Part shown: positions 1 through 10,483 of the stretch, piece by piece
Layout of the letters: each line of letters opens with the position of its first letter
How positions within the stretch are numbered: the stretch's first letter is position 1
Source of the DNA: Candidatus Saccharimonadales bacterium
GTDB taxonomy: Bacteria > Patescibacteriota > Saccharimonadia > Saccharimonadales > JANWIN01
Assembly: GCA_025449905.1 (NCBI GenBank)
Contig: JANWIN010000008.1
Coordinates: 4,642 to 68,641 of the forward strand
DNA length: 64,000 nucleotides
Reading direction: 5' to 3'
Notes under the pieces: generated by a model
Told to the model about the DNA's origin: nothing
Databases searched by the model: none
Seen by the model: the letters and a program-made list of their open reading frames with translations, nothing else
Translations under genes and position numbers: made by a program

Positions 1-32
1 ACCGAGCCTTCGCCCATTTCGCGAGGTTTTAA
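1..32 (+). CDS. rpsG: 30S ribosomal protein S7, C-terminal fragment (window edge)
   Basis: Frame from nt 3 reads RAFAHFARF*, matching the S7 terminus NRAFAHF; lies upstream of fusA. Confidence 0.85.
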   Translation, partial: RAFAHFARF

Positions 33-34
33 TT

Positions 35-271
35 ATGGGTATACGTGAAGGAATAAGTGATTTTGCGAAAGATGCGAAAGTGAAGCTCGAGGGTCGTTCA
101 GCTCTGTCCACAAATCGAATTGCAAATAATCGCGAGGCTTTAGGTACGGGCAGTTTCACAGAAGCTTGCATCGGGCGCATTTGCAACATAGGTGCGGAAG
201 CAGCAGCCCACTTTATCATTCCAGAAGCAAAACCAGAAGTGATTGATCCGGGAGCTATTTACTATGACTAG
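35..271 (+). CDS. Orphan hypothetical protein between rpsG and fusA
   Basis: 78-aa ORF starting 2 nt after the rpsG stop; no recognised motif. Confidence 0.5.
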   Translation: MGIREGISDFAKDAKVKLEGRSALSTNRIANNREALGTGSFTEACIGRICNIGAEAAAHFIIPEAKPEVIDPGAIYYD

Positions 272-521
272 TTTAGGTCCAGAAACAGACCCATTTATCA
301 ATCTAGGACTTCCTCCAAATTTCTCTGATTTTGTGGTTACGGCGCTAAAGAGAGGACGAAACGCAGAAGGTTGTCCTATTAATGTAAGTAGATCTGATGG
401 TGAAGTAGTTCCAATTGAGCAGCAAGAACTAAGAATTATTAACGATGCTGCTAATTTTGTTTGTGGCCCCGATGGCCCTAGACAAGTTGTTTCACTAATT
501 GCAGATATTATTCTGGAATAA
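264..521 (+). CDS. Orphan hypothetical protein between rpsG and fusA
   Basis: ATG at 264 overlaps the end of the previous ORF; stop lies 4 nt before the fusA GTG. Confidence 0.5.
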   Translation: MTSLGPETDPFINLGLPPNFSDFVVTALKRGRNAEGCPINVSRSDGEVVPIEQQELRIINDAANFVCGPDGPRQVVSLIADIILE

Positions 522-525
522 AATT

Positions 526-2613
526 GTGGCAGAGAAAAAATACGAACTAGAAAAGGTTAGAAATATCGGCATTATTGCCCATATTGACGCCGGCAAAACT
601 ACCACAACCGAAGGTATTTTGTATCGCACTGGCCTGAAACACAAGATCGGTGCTGTACATGAAGGTGAAACCACTACCGATTGGATGGCGCAGGAAAAAG
701 AGCGTGGAATTACCATTACCGCCGCCGCCGTCACCTGTTACTGGAAAGATCACAAAATCAACATTATTGACACACCGGGGCACATTGACTTCACAGTCGA
801 AGTCGAGCGATCACTTCGTGTTCTAGACGGTGCAGTTGTAGTATTTGACGGCAAAATGGGCGTGGAAAGCCAGTCCGAAACGGTTTGGCGCCAGGCTGAT
901 AAGTACAACGTGCCGCGGATCTGCTTTATTAACAAAATCAATCAAACTGGTGGTGACTTTTATAAATCGCTAGAAAGTATTCATAACCGCCTAAGTAAGC
1001 ACGCTCACCCGATTCACTTGCCGATTGGTTTCGAACAAGGTGTAAACGGAATAGTCGACCTTATTTCCATGAAGGCTTACACCTACAAGGAATTTACCGA
1101 TAAAGAGCTGACTGAAGGTGAAGTACCGGAAGATATGAAGGAAAAGGCTCAGCGCTACCGGTCACTATTGGTTGAAGCTACCGTCGAGTATGACGATGCC
1201 TTGCTTGAAAAGTACCTTGAAGAAGGTGAAGACTCCTTGAGCGAAGACGAAGTTAGAAAAGCCGTCCGTGCTGCTGTTTTGTCCGGACAATTTTACGCCG
1301 TTAGCGGCGGTGATGGTCGCGGCGTAATTGTCGAGAAGTTACTAGATGCCGTTGTTGATTTTTTGCCCTCGCCGCTGGACAAAAGTTCGGTTTGGGGCAC
1401 TCACCCCAAAACTGGTGATGAAATTGAGCGTAAACCTGACGAATCCGAGCCACTGGCCGGATTAGCATTTAAGATTGCTACCGACCCGTTTGTCGGCAAA
1501 CTCTGTTTTTACAGGATTTACTCCGGAAAACTCCAAGCTGGTTCGTACATTTTAAATGCCAGTACCGGTGAAAAAGAGCGTGTCGGTCGAATTGTGCGCA
1601 TGCACGCTAACGACCGTGAAGAAGTAACCGAAGTTGGAGCTGGTGATATTGCCGCCATTGTTGGCCTGAAAGGCACAACTACCGGTAACACTTTAAGTGA
1701 TCTTAATAATCCGATTGTGCTGGAAAGTATAACTTTCCCAGACCCGCCGGTTAGTATTGCGATTGAGCCAAAGACCAAGGCTGATCAGGAAAAAATGGGC
1801 ATCGCCCTGCAGCGCTTGGCTGAAGAAGATCCTACCTTTCAGGTTAAAGGTGATGAAGAAACCGGCCAAACAATTATTTCCGGCATGGGTGAACTGCATC
1901 TGGAGATTATTGTTGACCGCATGAAGCGTGAGTTTACAGTTGAAGCTAATGTTGGCGCACCGCAGGTGGCTTACCGTGAAACTATCCGCAAAGATGCTGT
2001 CGAGTCCGAAGGCAAGTACATAAAACAATCCGGCGGCCGCGGCCAGTATGGACATGTCTGGATTAGGTTAAGCCAAAACGAGCAAGGTAAAGGCTTTGAG
2101 TTTATCAATTCCATTAAAGGTGGCAACGTGCCCAGTGAATACATACAGCCGGTAAAGGCCGGTATTGAAGAGGCTATGAGCAACGGTGTGATCGCCGGCT
2201 ATCCGGTAGTAGATGTTAAAGCTGAGCTATATGACGGCAGTTATCACGATGTAGACTCTAGCGAGATGGCCTTTAAAATTGCCGGCTCTATGGCCCTGCA
2301 GTCAGGTGTAAAAAACGCTAGCCCAGTGTTACTAGAACCCATTATGAAAGTTGTGGTGGTAACGCCCGAAGCTTCAATGGGTGATGTTATTGGCGACCTT
2401 AACTCCAAGCGCGGACGGATTGAATCTATGGAAGACCTGCAAGCTGGGATAAAAGAAATTACAGCTTTTGTGCCGCTGGGCGAAATGTTTGGCTACACAA
2501 CCAACCTGCGCAGTATGACTCAAGGTCGTGCCAGCTCAAGTATGGAACTTGACCACTATGCCGACGTACCAAATAACGTCGCCGAAACAATCATTGCCAA
2601 AAGCGGTAAGTAG
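526..2613 (+). CDS. fusA: Elongation factor G with atypical G4/G5 motifs
   Basis: [40 protein letters not shown] start at 526. Confidence 0.98.
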   Translation: MAEKKYELEKVRNIGIIAHIDAGKTTTTEGILYRTGLKHKIGAVHEGETTTDWMAQEKERGITITAAAVTCYWKDHKINIIDTPGHIDFTVEVERSLRVLDGAVVVFDGKMGVESQSETVWRQADKYNVPRICFINKINQTGGDFYKSLESIHNRLSKHAHPIHLPIGFEQGVNGIVDLISMKAYTYKEFTDKELTEGEVPEDMKEKAQRYRSLLVEATVEYDDALLEKYLEEGEDSLSEDEVRKAVRAAVLSGQFYAVSGGDGRGVIVEKLLDAVVDFLPSPLDKSSVWGTHPKTGDEIERKPDESEPLAGLAFKIATDPFVGKLCFYRIYSGKLQAGSYILNASTGEKERVGRIVRMHANDREEVTEVGAGDIAAIVGLKGTTTGNTLSDLNNPIVLESITFPDPPVSIAIEPKTKADQEKMGIALQRLAEEDPTFQVKGDEETGQTIISGMGELHLEIIVDRMKREFTVEANVGAPQVAYRETIRKDAVESEGKYIKQSGGRGQYGHVWIRLSQNEQGKGFEFINSIKGGNVPSEYIQPVKAGIEEAMSNGVIAGYPVVDVKAELYDGSYHDVDSSEMAFKIAGSMALQSGVKNASPVLLEPIMKVVVVTPEASMGDVIGDLNSKRGRIESMEDLQAGIKEITAFVPLGEMFGYTTNLRSMTQGRASSSMELDHYADVPNNVAETIIAKSGK

Positions 2614-2621
2614 AGTGCAAA

Positions 2622-3311
2622 ATGGGAAATAAACTAAGGCCACCCCATAAATCAATTACCACTCGTCTGCTAGCAACTGTTGCTGGCTTGGTTACTGTGG
2701 CGGCTTGCTCAGGAGCCAACAATTCATTTTTGACGATTGAAGAGCGACCCAAATTACGAACCACCACGACAACAACTCCAGAATTTGATGATCATGGCTG
2801 GGGTCACCCCGAAGCACAAAGAAATTTAGATGCGGTTACCACAAATGCACTAGGTAATCGAGCTTTAGTAAGGGTACGGGCAGGTGTATGCATAGAGTAC
2901 AAGACAGAAAATGCTACTGTGGTTGTCCAACATCCAATAGATGTAATTGGACGCCCGGCGTCTAATGTCGAAGCCCAAGTATTGGGTGGTGTTGTGCCTT
3001 CAATGAATCGAGATGTGGACGGCATGCGTAAGCACAGCGATATTGCAATAAGAGAAGTTGATGGCCGACTAGAGTACGGAAAGTTGGGGCATATACCCGG
3101 CGAAGTTCCAAGAGAAGTAATCACCACCCTTGAGCGCAGCGATCTTCAAATGTCTAGAAGCGATGAAGAATACCTAGGTGCTAGTGAATACCCGCTTGGT
3201 GGGGTGGTAAGCCTGGCGCCAACGGTGCCTAATTCTGATATACCACCAGGAAATGTAGTTTACATTAGAGCTCAACCTGAACGCATTAACGATTATTGCT
3301 TAATAGAATAA
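2622..3311 (+). CDS. Hypothetical lipoprotein-like protein
   Basis: Basic N-terminus, hydrophobic stretch, lipobox-like VAAC, Thr-rich linker. Confidence 0.6.
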   Translation: MGNKLRPPHKSITTRLLATVAGLVTVAACSGANNSFLTIEERPKLRTTTTTTPEFDDHGWGHPEAQRNLDAVTTNALGNRALVRVRAGVCIEYKTENATVVVQHPIDVIGRPASNVEAQVLGGVVPSMNRDVDGMRKHSDIAIREVDGRLEYGKLGHIPGEVPREVITTLERSDLQMSRSDEEYLGASEYPLGGVVSLAPTVPNSDIPPGNVVYIRAQPERINDYCLIE

Positions 3312-3318
3312 CCCTTTA

Positions 3319-3381
3319 CCCCGCCTATTAAATTGACGTTGCTGACGCAAAACTTGTTTTGTGTCAATTTAAATGGCGGGG
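3319..3381. repeat. Long imperfect palindrome (REP-like or terminator) before the tuf promoter
   Basis: CCCCGCC..AATTGAC / GTCAATT..GGCGGGG with inner TGACGCAAAAC/GTTTTGTGTCA. Confidence 0.6.
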
Positions 3382-3382
3382 C

Positions 3383-3411
3383 TTTACAAACCTCTTAACT
3401 TTAGTTAAAAT
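3383..3411 (+). promoter_or_regulatory. Sigma70-type promoter for tuf
   Basis: TTTACA-17-TAAAAT. Confidence 0.6.
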
Positions 3412-3487
3412 ACTTCGGTAATCCGTGTGGGTATTGCTATACGTACGCGAAAAACTTATTAATATCAGAATGATAGGAGAAAATTAA

Positions 3488-4669
3488 ATGGCAGATTTTG
3501 ACCGCTCAAAGCCGCACATCAACGTTGGAACTATGGGTCACGTTGATCACGGCAAAACTACATTAACCGCTGCAATTACCGCAGTGCTAGCTAAGAAATT
3601 ACCTAGTGATGTGAACAAACCAGTTAGTTATGACCAAATTGACAATGCACCAGAGGAAAAAGCTCGGGGTATTACTATTGCGACCTCTCACCAGGAATAC
3701 GAGAGTGAAAAGCGTCACTACGCCCACGTTGACATGCCCGGACACGCCGACTATGTCAAGAACATGATTACCGGTGCCGCCCAGATTGATGGCGCTGTAT
3801 TGGTTGTTTCAGCTGCTGATGGCCCTATGCCGCAAACACGCGAACATGTTCTTCTTGCCAAGCAAGTTGGCGTACCTTCTATCTTAGTTTTCATGAACAA
3901 GATGGACCTGGCTGACCCTGAACTAGTTGAACTAGTAGAAGTTGATATCCGCGACCTGCTTAAAAAGTACGAATTTGACGAAAAAGCACCTATCATCAAG
4001 GGATCTGCGACTAAGGCTCTTGAAGGCTCGGCTTCTGACGAAGATGCCATTATGGAACTTGTAAAGGCTATGGATGACTACATTCCAGAGCCTAAGCGTG
4101 AGCTAGACAAGCCGTTCTTAATGCCAATTGAGGACGTCTTTTCAATTAAAGGTCGCGGTACTGTTGCTACCGGCCGTGTTGAGCAAGGCGTTGTTAAAGT
4201 TAACGAAGAAGTTGAAATTGTTGGCCTACGCGACACTAAAAAGACGGTTGTTACTGGTGTAGAAATGTTCAAGAAGAATCTCGACCAAGGCCAAGCTGGC
4301 GACAACGTTGGAGTTCTATTACGCGGTGTTGAGCGCGAAGACATCGAGCGGGGCCAAGTTTTGGCTAAGCCCGGAACCATTACGCCGCACACCGAATTTG
4401 ACAGTGAAGTCTACATTCTGACCAAAGAAGAAGGTGGACGACACACACCATTCTTCAAGGGCTACAAGCCACAGTTTTACTTCCGAACTACTGATGTAAC
4501 GGGTGAAGTTGAACTTCCAGAAGATAAAGAAATGGTTATGCCGGGGGACACAATTACCTTTAAAGTGAAATTACTTCAACCGATTGCTATGGAACAAGGA
4601 TTGCGCTTCGCCATCCGCGAAGGTGGCCGAACCGTCGGCGCTGGTGTCGTTACCAAGATTAACAAATAA
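3488..4669 (+). CDS. tuf: Elongation factor Tu
   Basis: [36 protein letters not shown]. Confidence 0.99.
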   Translation: MADFDRSKPHINVGTMGHVDHGKTTLTAAITAVLAKKLPSDVNKPVSYDQIDNAPEEKARGITIATSHQEYESEKRHYAHVDMPGHADYVKNMITGAAQIDGAVLVVSAADGPMPQTREHVLLAKQVGVPSILVFMNKMDLADPELVELVEVDIRDLLKKYEFDEKAPIIKGSATKALEGSASDEDAIMELVKAMDDYIPEPKRELDKPFLMPIEDVFSIKGRGTVATGRVEQGVVKVNEEVEIVGLRDTKKTVVTGVEMFKKNLDQGQAGDNVGVLLRGVEREDIERGQVLAKPGTITPHTEFDSEVYILTKEEGGRHTPFFKGYKPQFYFRTTDVTGEVELPEDKEMVMPGDTITFKVKLLQPIAMEQGLRFAIREGGRTVGAGVVTKINK

Positions 4670-4673
4670 TAAG

Positions 4674-4862
4674 ATGGCTTTTACGGAAATTTTTACCGCT
4701 TTACAAGAACCAAACACTGCGGACATTGTGATAGTCCTAAGAGGTGATCAGGCAGAGATTGATGCTTCTCGCATGGAAACGGCTAAGCATATTGCATACG
4801 TAACATCTGGAGCTTTAACACTAGAGGAACTAGAAGCTCCTCTGATAGAATATGCTGAATAA
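4674..4862 (+). CDS. Orphan 62-aa ORF between tuf and rpsJ
   Basis: ATG 4 nt after the tuf stop; its stop overlaps the rpsJ start (TAATG). Confidence 0.55.
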   Translation: MAFTEIFTALQEPNTADIVIVLRGDQAEIDASRMETAKHIAYVTSGALTLEELEAPLIEYAE

Positions 4863-5197
4863 TGGTTGAGACAAAAAAAACCGAAGTAGCACCAAAGCAG
4901 CGGATAAGAATCCGTCTTAAGGCTTATGACCATAAGGTTATAGATCAATCAGCAAAACAGATTGTCGACACCGCGCTAAGAAATGGTGCCACAATTGCCG
5001 GCCCAATTCCTTTGCCAACAAGGCGCAGTACTTTTACGGTTGTTAAAAGCCCGCATGTTTATAAAAAGGGCCGCGAACAATTTGAAATGAGAGTCCACAA
5101 ACGTTTAATAGACGTATTAGACCCTTCGCCAAAAACCGTTGACGCACTTATGAACCTATCCCTGCCAGCCGGCTGTGACGCCGAAATCAAAATGTAA
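4862..5197 (+). CDS. rpsJ: 30S ribosomal protein S10
   Basis: [32 protein letters not shown]. Confidence 0.98.
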   Translation: MVETKKTEVAPKQRIRIRLKAYDHKVIDQSAKQIVDTALRNGATIAGPIPLPTRRSTFTVVKSPHVYKKGREQFEMRVHKRLIDVLDPSPKTVDALMNLSLPAGCDAEIKM

Positions 5198-5239
5198 ATT
5201 GTACAAGATATTGACGATCGTCATTTCCTTGTACAATTT
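5196..5239. repeat. 44-bp palindromic dispersed repeat, copy 1
   Basis: AAATTGTACAAG-ATAT-TGACGATCGTCA-TTTC-CTTGTACAATTT; second copy at 25503-25546. Confidence 0.85.
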
Positions 5240-5274
5240 CCTAGAGATATAAAAGTCTGTTATAGAATAAGATA

Positions 5275-5751
5275 ATGAACAAGATTGTTCCAGCCATTGA
5301 TAAGGTAGATTTAAGGCGGGGGATTGATCATATTGGTGTTTCGGCTGTTTCAGTGGTGCATGATGGCAAAGGCAAAATCTTGCTTCACAAGCGCGGTAAG
5401 GGCGCACGTGACGAGCGTGGTCACTGGGATGTAATTGGTGGTGCCATTGAGTTTGGGGAGACTATTGAAGAAGCCATTACGCGCGAAATTAAAGAAGAAC
5501 TTTGCACTAAGCCATTAGATATGGTGTTTTTAATAGTATTTGATGCGCATCGCGTCAATCAAGACAAAGATAAAACTCACTGGATAGCCATCTTGTACGC
5601 CGTGAAAGTTGAACCAAAAACAGTTAAAATAGGTGAGCCGCATAAAATGGATGCCATTGGTTGGTTTGGTCTGAAAGATTTGCCAAAACCACCGCATTCA
5701 CAACTCCACAAAGCATTAAAAGTTGCTATGCAGACTAAGATTATAATCTAG
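5275..5751 (+). CDS. NUDIX hydrolase
   Basis: Nudix box GGAIEFGETIEEAITREIKEEL. Confidence 0.9.
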   Translation: MNKIVPAIDKVDLRRGIDHIGVSAVSVVHDGKGKILLHKRGKGARDERGHWDVIGGAIEFGETIEEAITREIKEELCTKPLDMVFLIVFDAHRVNQDKDKTHWIAILYAVKVEPKTVKIGEPHKMDAIGWFGLKDLPKPPHSQLHKALKVAMQTKIII

Positions 5752-5768
5752 GTAGTTTTTACAACGCA

Positions 5769-5894
5769 TTGACAGAGGTAGCGGTCTTTTGTTACTCTAT
5801 TACGGTATCTAAATAATTTGAGGCAACTTTGCTTGGTGAATCGGAAGGTCCGGGTCACGCTCGGAAACCAGCGGACACCAAGTATTTTAGTGCC
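5769..5894 (+). promoter_or_regulatory. Promoter and structured 5' leader of the rplC operon
   Basis: TTGACA-18-TACTCT; nested stems GGCA(A)C/GTGCC, TGCTTGGTG/CACCAAGTA, GTCCG/CGGAC. Confidence 0.5.
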
Positions 5895-5932
5895 AAAGGA
5901 TGCATTAATGCATAGAAGCATAGGAAGGGTTT

Positions 5933-6547
5933 GTGAAAGCACTAATTGCTCAAAAGTTGGGCATGACCAGTCTTATAAACGAAAACGGAACAGCGCAAGC
6001 TGTAACTCTTCTAGCTATTGGCGACAATACAGTCGTCCAAGTTAAAACAATTGAAAAAGATGGCTACACGGCCATACAGGTTGGTGCAAACAAGGTAAAA
6101 AAGAATAGCAAGCCTTTGAGTGGGCATCTGAAGCCAGCCAAAGTGAATGTCGGTATTATGCGCGAATTTCGCGCAGACGAGATTCCAGAAGACCTCAGTG
6201 TTGGAACCAAGCTAACACCCGAGGTCTTTTCAGTTGGTGATGTCGTGTCAGTAACGGCCAACAATAAAGGCAAAGGTTTTGCCGGCACTATTAAGCGCCA
6301 TAATTTTAACACTGGGCCTAAAACTCATGGTGGCCAAAGTTATCGCCGCCCGGGCTCTATTGGCTCAATGTATCCGCAGAAGATTTTTAAAGGTAAAAAA
6401 ATGGCTGGCCGCATGGGCAATGTCCGTACCACAACCAAAAACCTCAAGATTGCCCTAGTTGACAATGAAAATCAGGTTATTGGCGTAACCGGCGCCGTTC
6501 CCGGACCAAGAAAAGGTACAGTTTTAGTGAAAGGGGCTCAAAAGTGA
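5933..6547 (+). CDS. rplC: 50S ribosomal protein L3
   Basis: KLGMT, KGKGFAGTIKRHNF, KGKKMAGRMG. Confidence 0.97.
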   Translation: MKALIAQKLGMTSLINENGTAQAVTLLAIGDNTVVQVKTIEKDGYTAIQVGANKVKKNSKPLSGHLKPAKVNVGIMREFRADEIPEDLSVGTKLTPEVFSVGDVVSVTANNKGKGFAGTIKRHNFNTGPKTHGGQSYRRPGSIGSMYPQKIFKGKKMAGRMGNVRTTTKNLKIALVDNENQVIGVTGAVPGPRKGTVLVKGAQK

Positions 6548-7206
6548 GTGTAGCAACTTTCACTAAAACGGGAACCAAGGCAACCGCTGAAGCCAAATTG
6601 CACAAGGCTATTTTTGGCGTAGAGGTTGGTAGCCATGAACTGCTAAAACAAGCTTACGTTGGGTATTTGGCTAATGGCCGCAGTGCAGGTGCTAAAACCA
6701 AGACTCGCGGCCTAGTACGTGGTGGTGGACGAAAACCACACCCCCAAAAGGGTACCGGCCGAGCCCGTTCGGGCTCAAAACGAAATCCCTTGTGGACAGG
6801 TGGAGGTATAATTTTTGGCCCAACTGGCAATCAGAATTATTCTAAAAAGCTTAGCACTCAAGCTAAGCGACAAGCTTTAAGGCAAGCTTTGAGCCTAGCT
6901 GCCAAAGAAGGGCAGCTTAAGATTATTGAAACTTTTGAATGCAAAGAAGGCCAAGTTAAGCCGACATTGAGTTTACTTAAAAAAATTGGTGCTGAGGGCA
7001 ATGTCCTATTAGTTGTTAGTGTGCTTGATGAGCTGGTAGGCCGAGCCACGCGCAATATCTCAAACATAGCTGCTGTTCAGGCTAAATATCTTAACGTTTA
7101 TGACATTTTGAATGCTGAAACGATCATAATTAGCCAAAAATCTTTGGCAGTTATTAATGACTGGCTGGGTGAAGCTAAGACCAAAAAGGTGACAAGCAAT
7201 GAGTAA
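6544..7206 (+). CDS. rplD: 50S ribosomal protein L4
   Basis: GGGRKPHPQKGTGRAR, GGGIIFGP. Confidence 0.97.
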   Translation: MSVATFTKTGTKATAEAKLHKAIFGVEVGSHELLKQAYVGYLANGRSAGAKTKTRGLVRGGGRKPHPQKGTGRARSGSKRNPLWTGGGIIFGPTGNQNYSKKLSTQAKRQALRQALSLAAKEGQLKIIETFECKEGQVKPTLSLLKKIGAEGNVLLVVSVLDELVGRATRNISNIAAVQAKYLNVYDILNAETIIISQKSLAVINDWLGEAKTKKVTSNE

Positions 7207-7666
7207 ATCAATGACTCTAAACCCAGTAATGAGCGAGAAGGCTTACGCTAGTAGTAAGGACCTAAGAACCTACGTATTTAGCGTTCCAGACTCGGCCAAT
7301 AAATTATCGGTTGCCGAAGCCGTTAAAGCACAATTTAAAGTCGGGGTGGATAAGGTAAAAGTTGCAAATATAAAAGGTAAGTCTAAGCGCACTGTTCGTC
7401 AAGGTCGTCCGGTTTATGGCCAACGCGTCACCGTCAAAAAGGCTTATGTAACGCTGAAAGAAGGCGATAGTTTACCATTTTTTGCTGAAGTAGAAAAAGA
7501 TCAGGAAAAGGCCGAGAAAACTGAAGAAAAAGCCAAAGCTGAGCCTGAAAATACAGAGAAGAGTACCGCTAAAGTCATTGAAGCTCCAGCAAAAAAGAAG
7601 CGTGGTCTAAGTGGTGTGTTTAACAGAAGTTCCCGCCAAACTCAAAACCGCGGAGGAGAAAAATAG
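7199..7666 (+). CDS. rplW: 50S ribosomal protein L23 with C-terminal K/E-rich extension
   Basis: PVMSEKA, KKAYVTLK; operon position. Confidence 0.95.
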   Translation: MSKSMTLNPVMSEKAYASSKDLRTYVFSVPDSANKLSVAEAVKAQFKVGVDKVKVANIKGKSKRTVRQGRPVYGQRVTVKKAYVTLKEGDSLPFFAEVEKDQEKAEKTEEKAKAEPENTEKSTAKVIEAPAKKKRGLSGVFNRSSRQTQNRGGEK

Positions 7667-8503
7667 ATGGCTATAAAAGCTTATAAACCCACTACTCCAG
7701 CCAGACGCGGCATGACAACTCAGGACATGTCAACGATAACCGCTAAAAAGCCGGTTAAATCCCTACGCGTTGTTAAAAACAGAATTAACGGCCGAAACAA
7801 CCAGGGCCGCATTACCGTTCGTCATCGCGGTGGCGGAGCGCGTAAGTTCTATCGAATTGTTGATTTTAAACTGGAATCAGGGACCACGGCGGTGGTTGAG
7901 CAGATCGAATATGATCCGAACCGCAGTGCCCGAATTGCTCGCATTAAGGATGACAATAATAGCTATCACTATATTTTGGCTGGTAAGGGAATGAAAGTGG
8001 GCAAGAAAATTTCTAGTGGCGATGAATCAGCCATTGCTAGCGGCAATCGCTTACCTCTAAAGAATATTCCAGCCGGTAGCTCGATTTATGCTATTGAAAT
8101 GCAACCTGGCAAAGGCGCCCAAATTGCCAGAAGTGCCGGCGCAAGTGCTACACTTATGGGTAAAGAGGGTAAGTTTGCGCAGCTTAGGATGCCGAGCGGT
8201 GAAATTCGCTTAGTAAATTTGGACTGTACAGCTAGCTTGGGTGTGGTTGGTAACGAGCAGCACCAAAACATTAAGGTTGGCAAGGCTGGACGAACCCGTA
8301 GAAAAGGTATTCGCCCGACCGTCCGAGGTGTGGTTATGAACGCCGCAGACCACCCGCACGGTGGTGGTGACGGTGGTCGTCACGGTTCCGGTAAAGACCC
8401 ACGCACCCCTTGGGGCCAGAAGACGCTGGGCTACAAAACTCGCCGACGCAAGAATACCAATCAGTTTATTGTTAAAAGCCGACAGGCAGCAAAGAGGAGA
8501 TAG
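7667..8503 (+). CDS. rplB: 50S ribosomal protein L2
   Basis: GRNNQGRIT, EYDPNRSARIA, RPTVRGVVMNAADHPHGGG. Confidence 0.99.
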   Translation: MAIKAYKPTTPARRGMTTQDMSTITAKKPVKSLRVVKNRINGRNNQGRITVRHRGGGARKFYRIVDFKLESGTTAVVEQIEYDPNRSARIARIKDDNNSYHYILAGKGMKVGKKISSGDESAIASGNRLPLKNIPAGSSIYAIEMQPGKGAQIARSAGASATLMGKEGKFAQLRMPSGEIRLVNLDCTASLGVVGNEQHQNIKVGKAGRTRRKGIRPTVRGVVMNAADHPHGGGDGGRHGSGKDPRTPWGQKTLGYKTRRRKNTNQFIVKSRQAAKRR

Positions 8504-8505
8504 CG

Positions 8506-8754
8506 ATGAATACAGTTGATCAAGTAGCAATCCGGGAAGCCTGCGAAACTGGACGCAAGGAAGGAAGATACATAAAAGCTGAAATGCAATTTTTAACTCT
8601 TGAGCAGCAACATATGGTTCAGCTGGAAGTGGCTAGTGATTTGATAGCTAGTGATGGACTGAGCCACAGCAAAAATCAAGGGATTTTCTATGAAGCCGTA
8701 GGCACACCCTTGTGCTTTTTGAGAAAAGAGCTAGGGAAAGAATTGACAAAATGA
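8506..8754 (+). CDS. Orphan 82-aa ORF between rplB and rpsS
   Basis: Starts 2 nt after the rplB stop; ATGA overlap with rpsS. Confidence 0.55.
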   Translation: MNTVDQVAIREACETGRKEGRYIKAEMQFLTLEQQHMVQLEVASDLIASDGLSHSKNQGIFYEAVGTPLCFLRKELGKELTK

Positions 8755-9053
8755 GTAGATCACTTAAAAAAGGACCATTTGTAGAACCAAAGTTAGCTAA
8801 GAAAGTTGCTGCATTGGGCGCTGAAGACCGCACCATTATCAAGACTTGGGCGCGCTACAGTGTTATTTCGCCTGATTTTGTAGGCCGCACCATTGCCGTC
8901 CATAACGGCAAAGTTCATATTCCGGTATTTATTACTGAAAACATGGTTGGGCATAAGTTAGGTGAATTCTCACCAACCCGTAAATTCCGCGGGCATGGTG
9001 GTAGATTAGCTAAAGAACAAGGCACGACCGCGCCTAAGGAAGCAGGAGCTTAA
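8751..9053 (+). CDS. rpsS: 30S ribosomal protein S19
   Basis: [29 protein letters not shown]. Confidence 0.98.
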   Translation: MSRSLKKGPFVEPKLAKKVAALGAEDRTIIKTWARYSVISPDFVGRTIAVHNGKVHIPVFITENMVGHKLGEFSPTRKFRGHGGRLAKEQGTTAPKEAGA

Positions 9054-9055
9054 GT

Positions 9056-9442
9056 ATGCCAGTTCGAGCCGTTAGCAAAGGAGTTAGCATTAGCCCCCGA
9101 AAAGTCGGCGTAGTGGCTGATTTGGTGCGCGGCTTCTCCGTTAAAGACGCTCTGACAATCTTAGAGCATACTCCGCGCCGCGCTGCTACAGCGGTTTCTA
9201 AGACTATTGCCAGCGCTAAAGCTAATGCCGATTATAACCACAATTACAAACCTGACACCTTAAGGATTACTGAGATAACTATCAATCACGGCCCACGCTC
9301 AAGGCGCTATCGCCCCGCTGCCCACGGCCGAGCCTTACCTTATCAAAAACGAACTTCGCACATTACAGTTATAGTTGACGGCGAAAAGCGTCAACCCAAA
9401 AAGCCCGTTGATAAAACTACTGCCAAAAAGGAGACCAAGTAA
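9056..9442 (+). CDS. rplV: 50S ribosomal protein L22
   Basis: SPRKV, RPAAHGRA, KRTSHITV. Confidence 0.96.
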   Translation: MPVRAVSKGVSISPRKVGVVADLVRGFSVKDALTILEHTPRRAATAVSKTIASAKANADYNHNYKPDTLRITEITINHGPRSRRYRPAAHGRALPYQKRTSHITVIVDGEKRQPKKPVDKTTAKKETK

Positions 9443-10068
9443 TGGGACAGAAGGTTAATCCAATTAGCATGCGGCTCCAAGTCAACAAAGACTGGCGCAG
9501 TAAGTGGTTTGCTAACAAGCGCGAATATGCTAAATATTTAGCTCAAGATTTGGCTACTAGAAAACTGATTCAAGACCGCGTCGGCAGCCGTGGAGCTATT
9601 AATAAAGTTGATATTGAACGCTCGCCTAACCTAGTAACTGTGACGATTAATACCGGTAAGGCCGGTGTAGTAATTGGCCGCGGTGGCACCGGTGCCCAAG
9701 AGCTTAAGGATGATATTGAGAAAATCTATGGCGTTGCCGCCCGCGTTAACATTGAGGAAATTAAAAAGCCCGAACTGCACGCTAAATTAGTTGCTGAAAA
9801 TATTGCCCACCAATTATCACGCCGCATGAGCTTCCGCCGAGCGATTAAATCCGCTTCGGCCGCTACTATGCGTGCCGGTGCCAAAGGTATCCGAATTGAA
9901 GTTGCCGGACGTTTAAACGGTGCGGAAATGAGCCGACGCGAAAAAGAAGTCGCCGGTAGTGTACCACTGCATACCATTAGAGCCGATATTGATTTTGCCC
10001 AGATTCATGCACAGACCGTAGCTGGCATTATTGGCGTTAAAGTCTGGATTTATAAGGGAGAAAACTAA
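9442..10068 (+). CDS. rpsC: 30S ribosomal protein S3
   Basis: [27 protein letters not shown]. Confidence 0.98.
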   Translation: MGQKVNPISMRLQVNKDWRSKWFANKREYAKYLAQDLATRKLIQDRVGSRGAINKVDIERSPNLVTVTINTGKAGVVIGRGGTGAQELKDDIEKIYGVAARVNIEEIKKPELHAKLVAENIAHQLSRRMSFRRAIKSASAATMRAGAKGIRIEVAGRLNGAEMSRREKEVAGSVPLHTIRADIDFAQIHAQTVAGIIGVKVWIYKGEN

Positions 10069-10481
10069 TGTTAATGCCGAGTCGGAGTAAGCACAGAAAA
10101 GTTCGAAAAGGCATTATTAAGGGTGTGGCTACTCGCGGCCAAACTATTGCTTTTGGCCAGTACGCACTACAGGCTCAGCAAAACGGCCGGATTAGCGCCC
10201 GAGAGATTGAAGCCGCTCGTCAGGCCATGACCCGATACGTCAAACGCGGTGGCAAAATTTGGATTCGTATTTTTCCGCACACGCCTATCACCCGTAAGCC
10301 CCAAGATGTCAAAATGGGTAGCGGCAAAGGCAACCCCGAATTTTTTGCAGCCAAAGTCTCACCCGGCACAATCTTGTTTGAAATGCAGGGCGTAACAGAA
10401 GAGATGGCCCGTGAGGCTATGCGCCTAGCTGGCCATAAGATGTCTGTTAAGACGGTGTTTTTAGTCAAGGAAGAGGTGTGA
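10068..10481 (+). CDS. rplP: 50S ribosomal protein L16
   Basis: [21 protein letters not shown]. Confidence 0.98.
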   Translation: MLMPSRSKHRKVRKGIIKGVATRGQTIAFGQYALQAQQNGRISAREIEAARQAMTRYVKRGGKIWIRIFPHTPITRKPQDVKMGSGKGNPEFFAAKVSPGTILFEMQGVTEEMAREAMRLAGHKMSVKTVFLVKEEV

Positions 10482-10483
10482 TT

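Noticed and set aside
5822..5894. SRP (4.5S) RNA as identity of the rplC upstream stem
   Set aside because: Lacks the CAGG..GNRA..AGCAG helix-8 pairing; only a superficial GGAA is present
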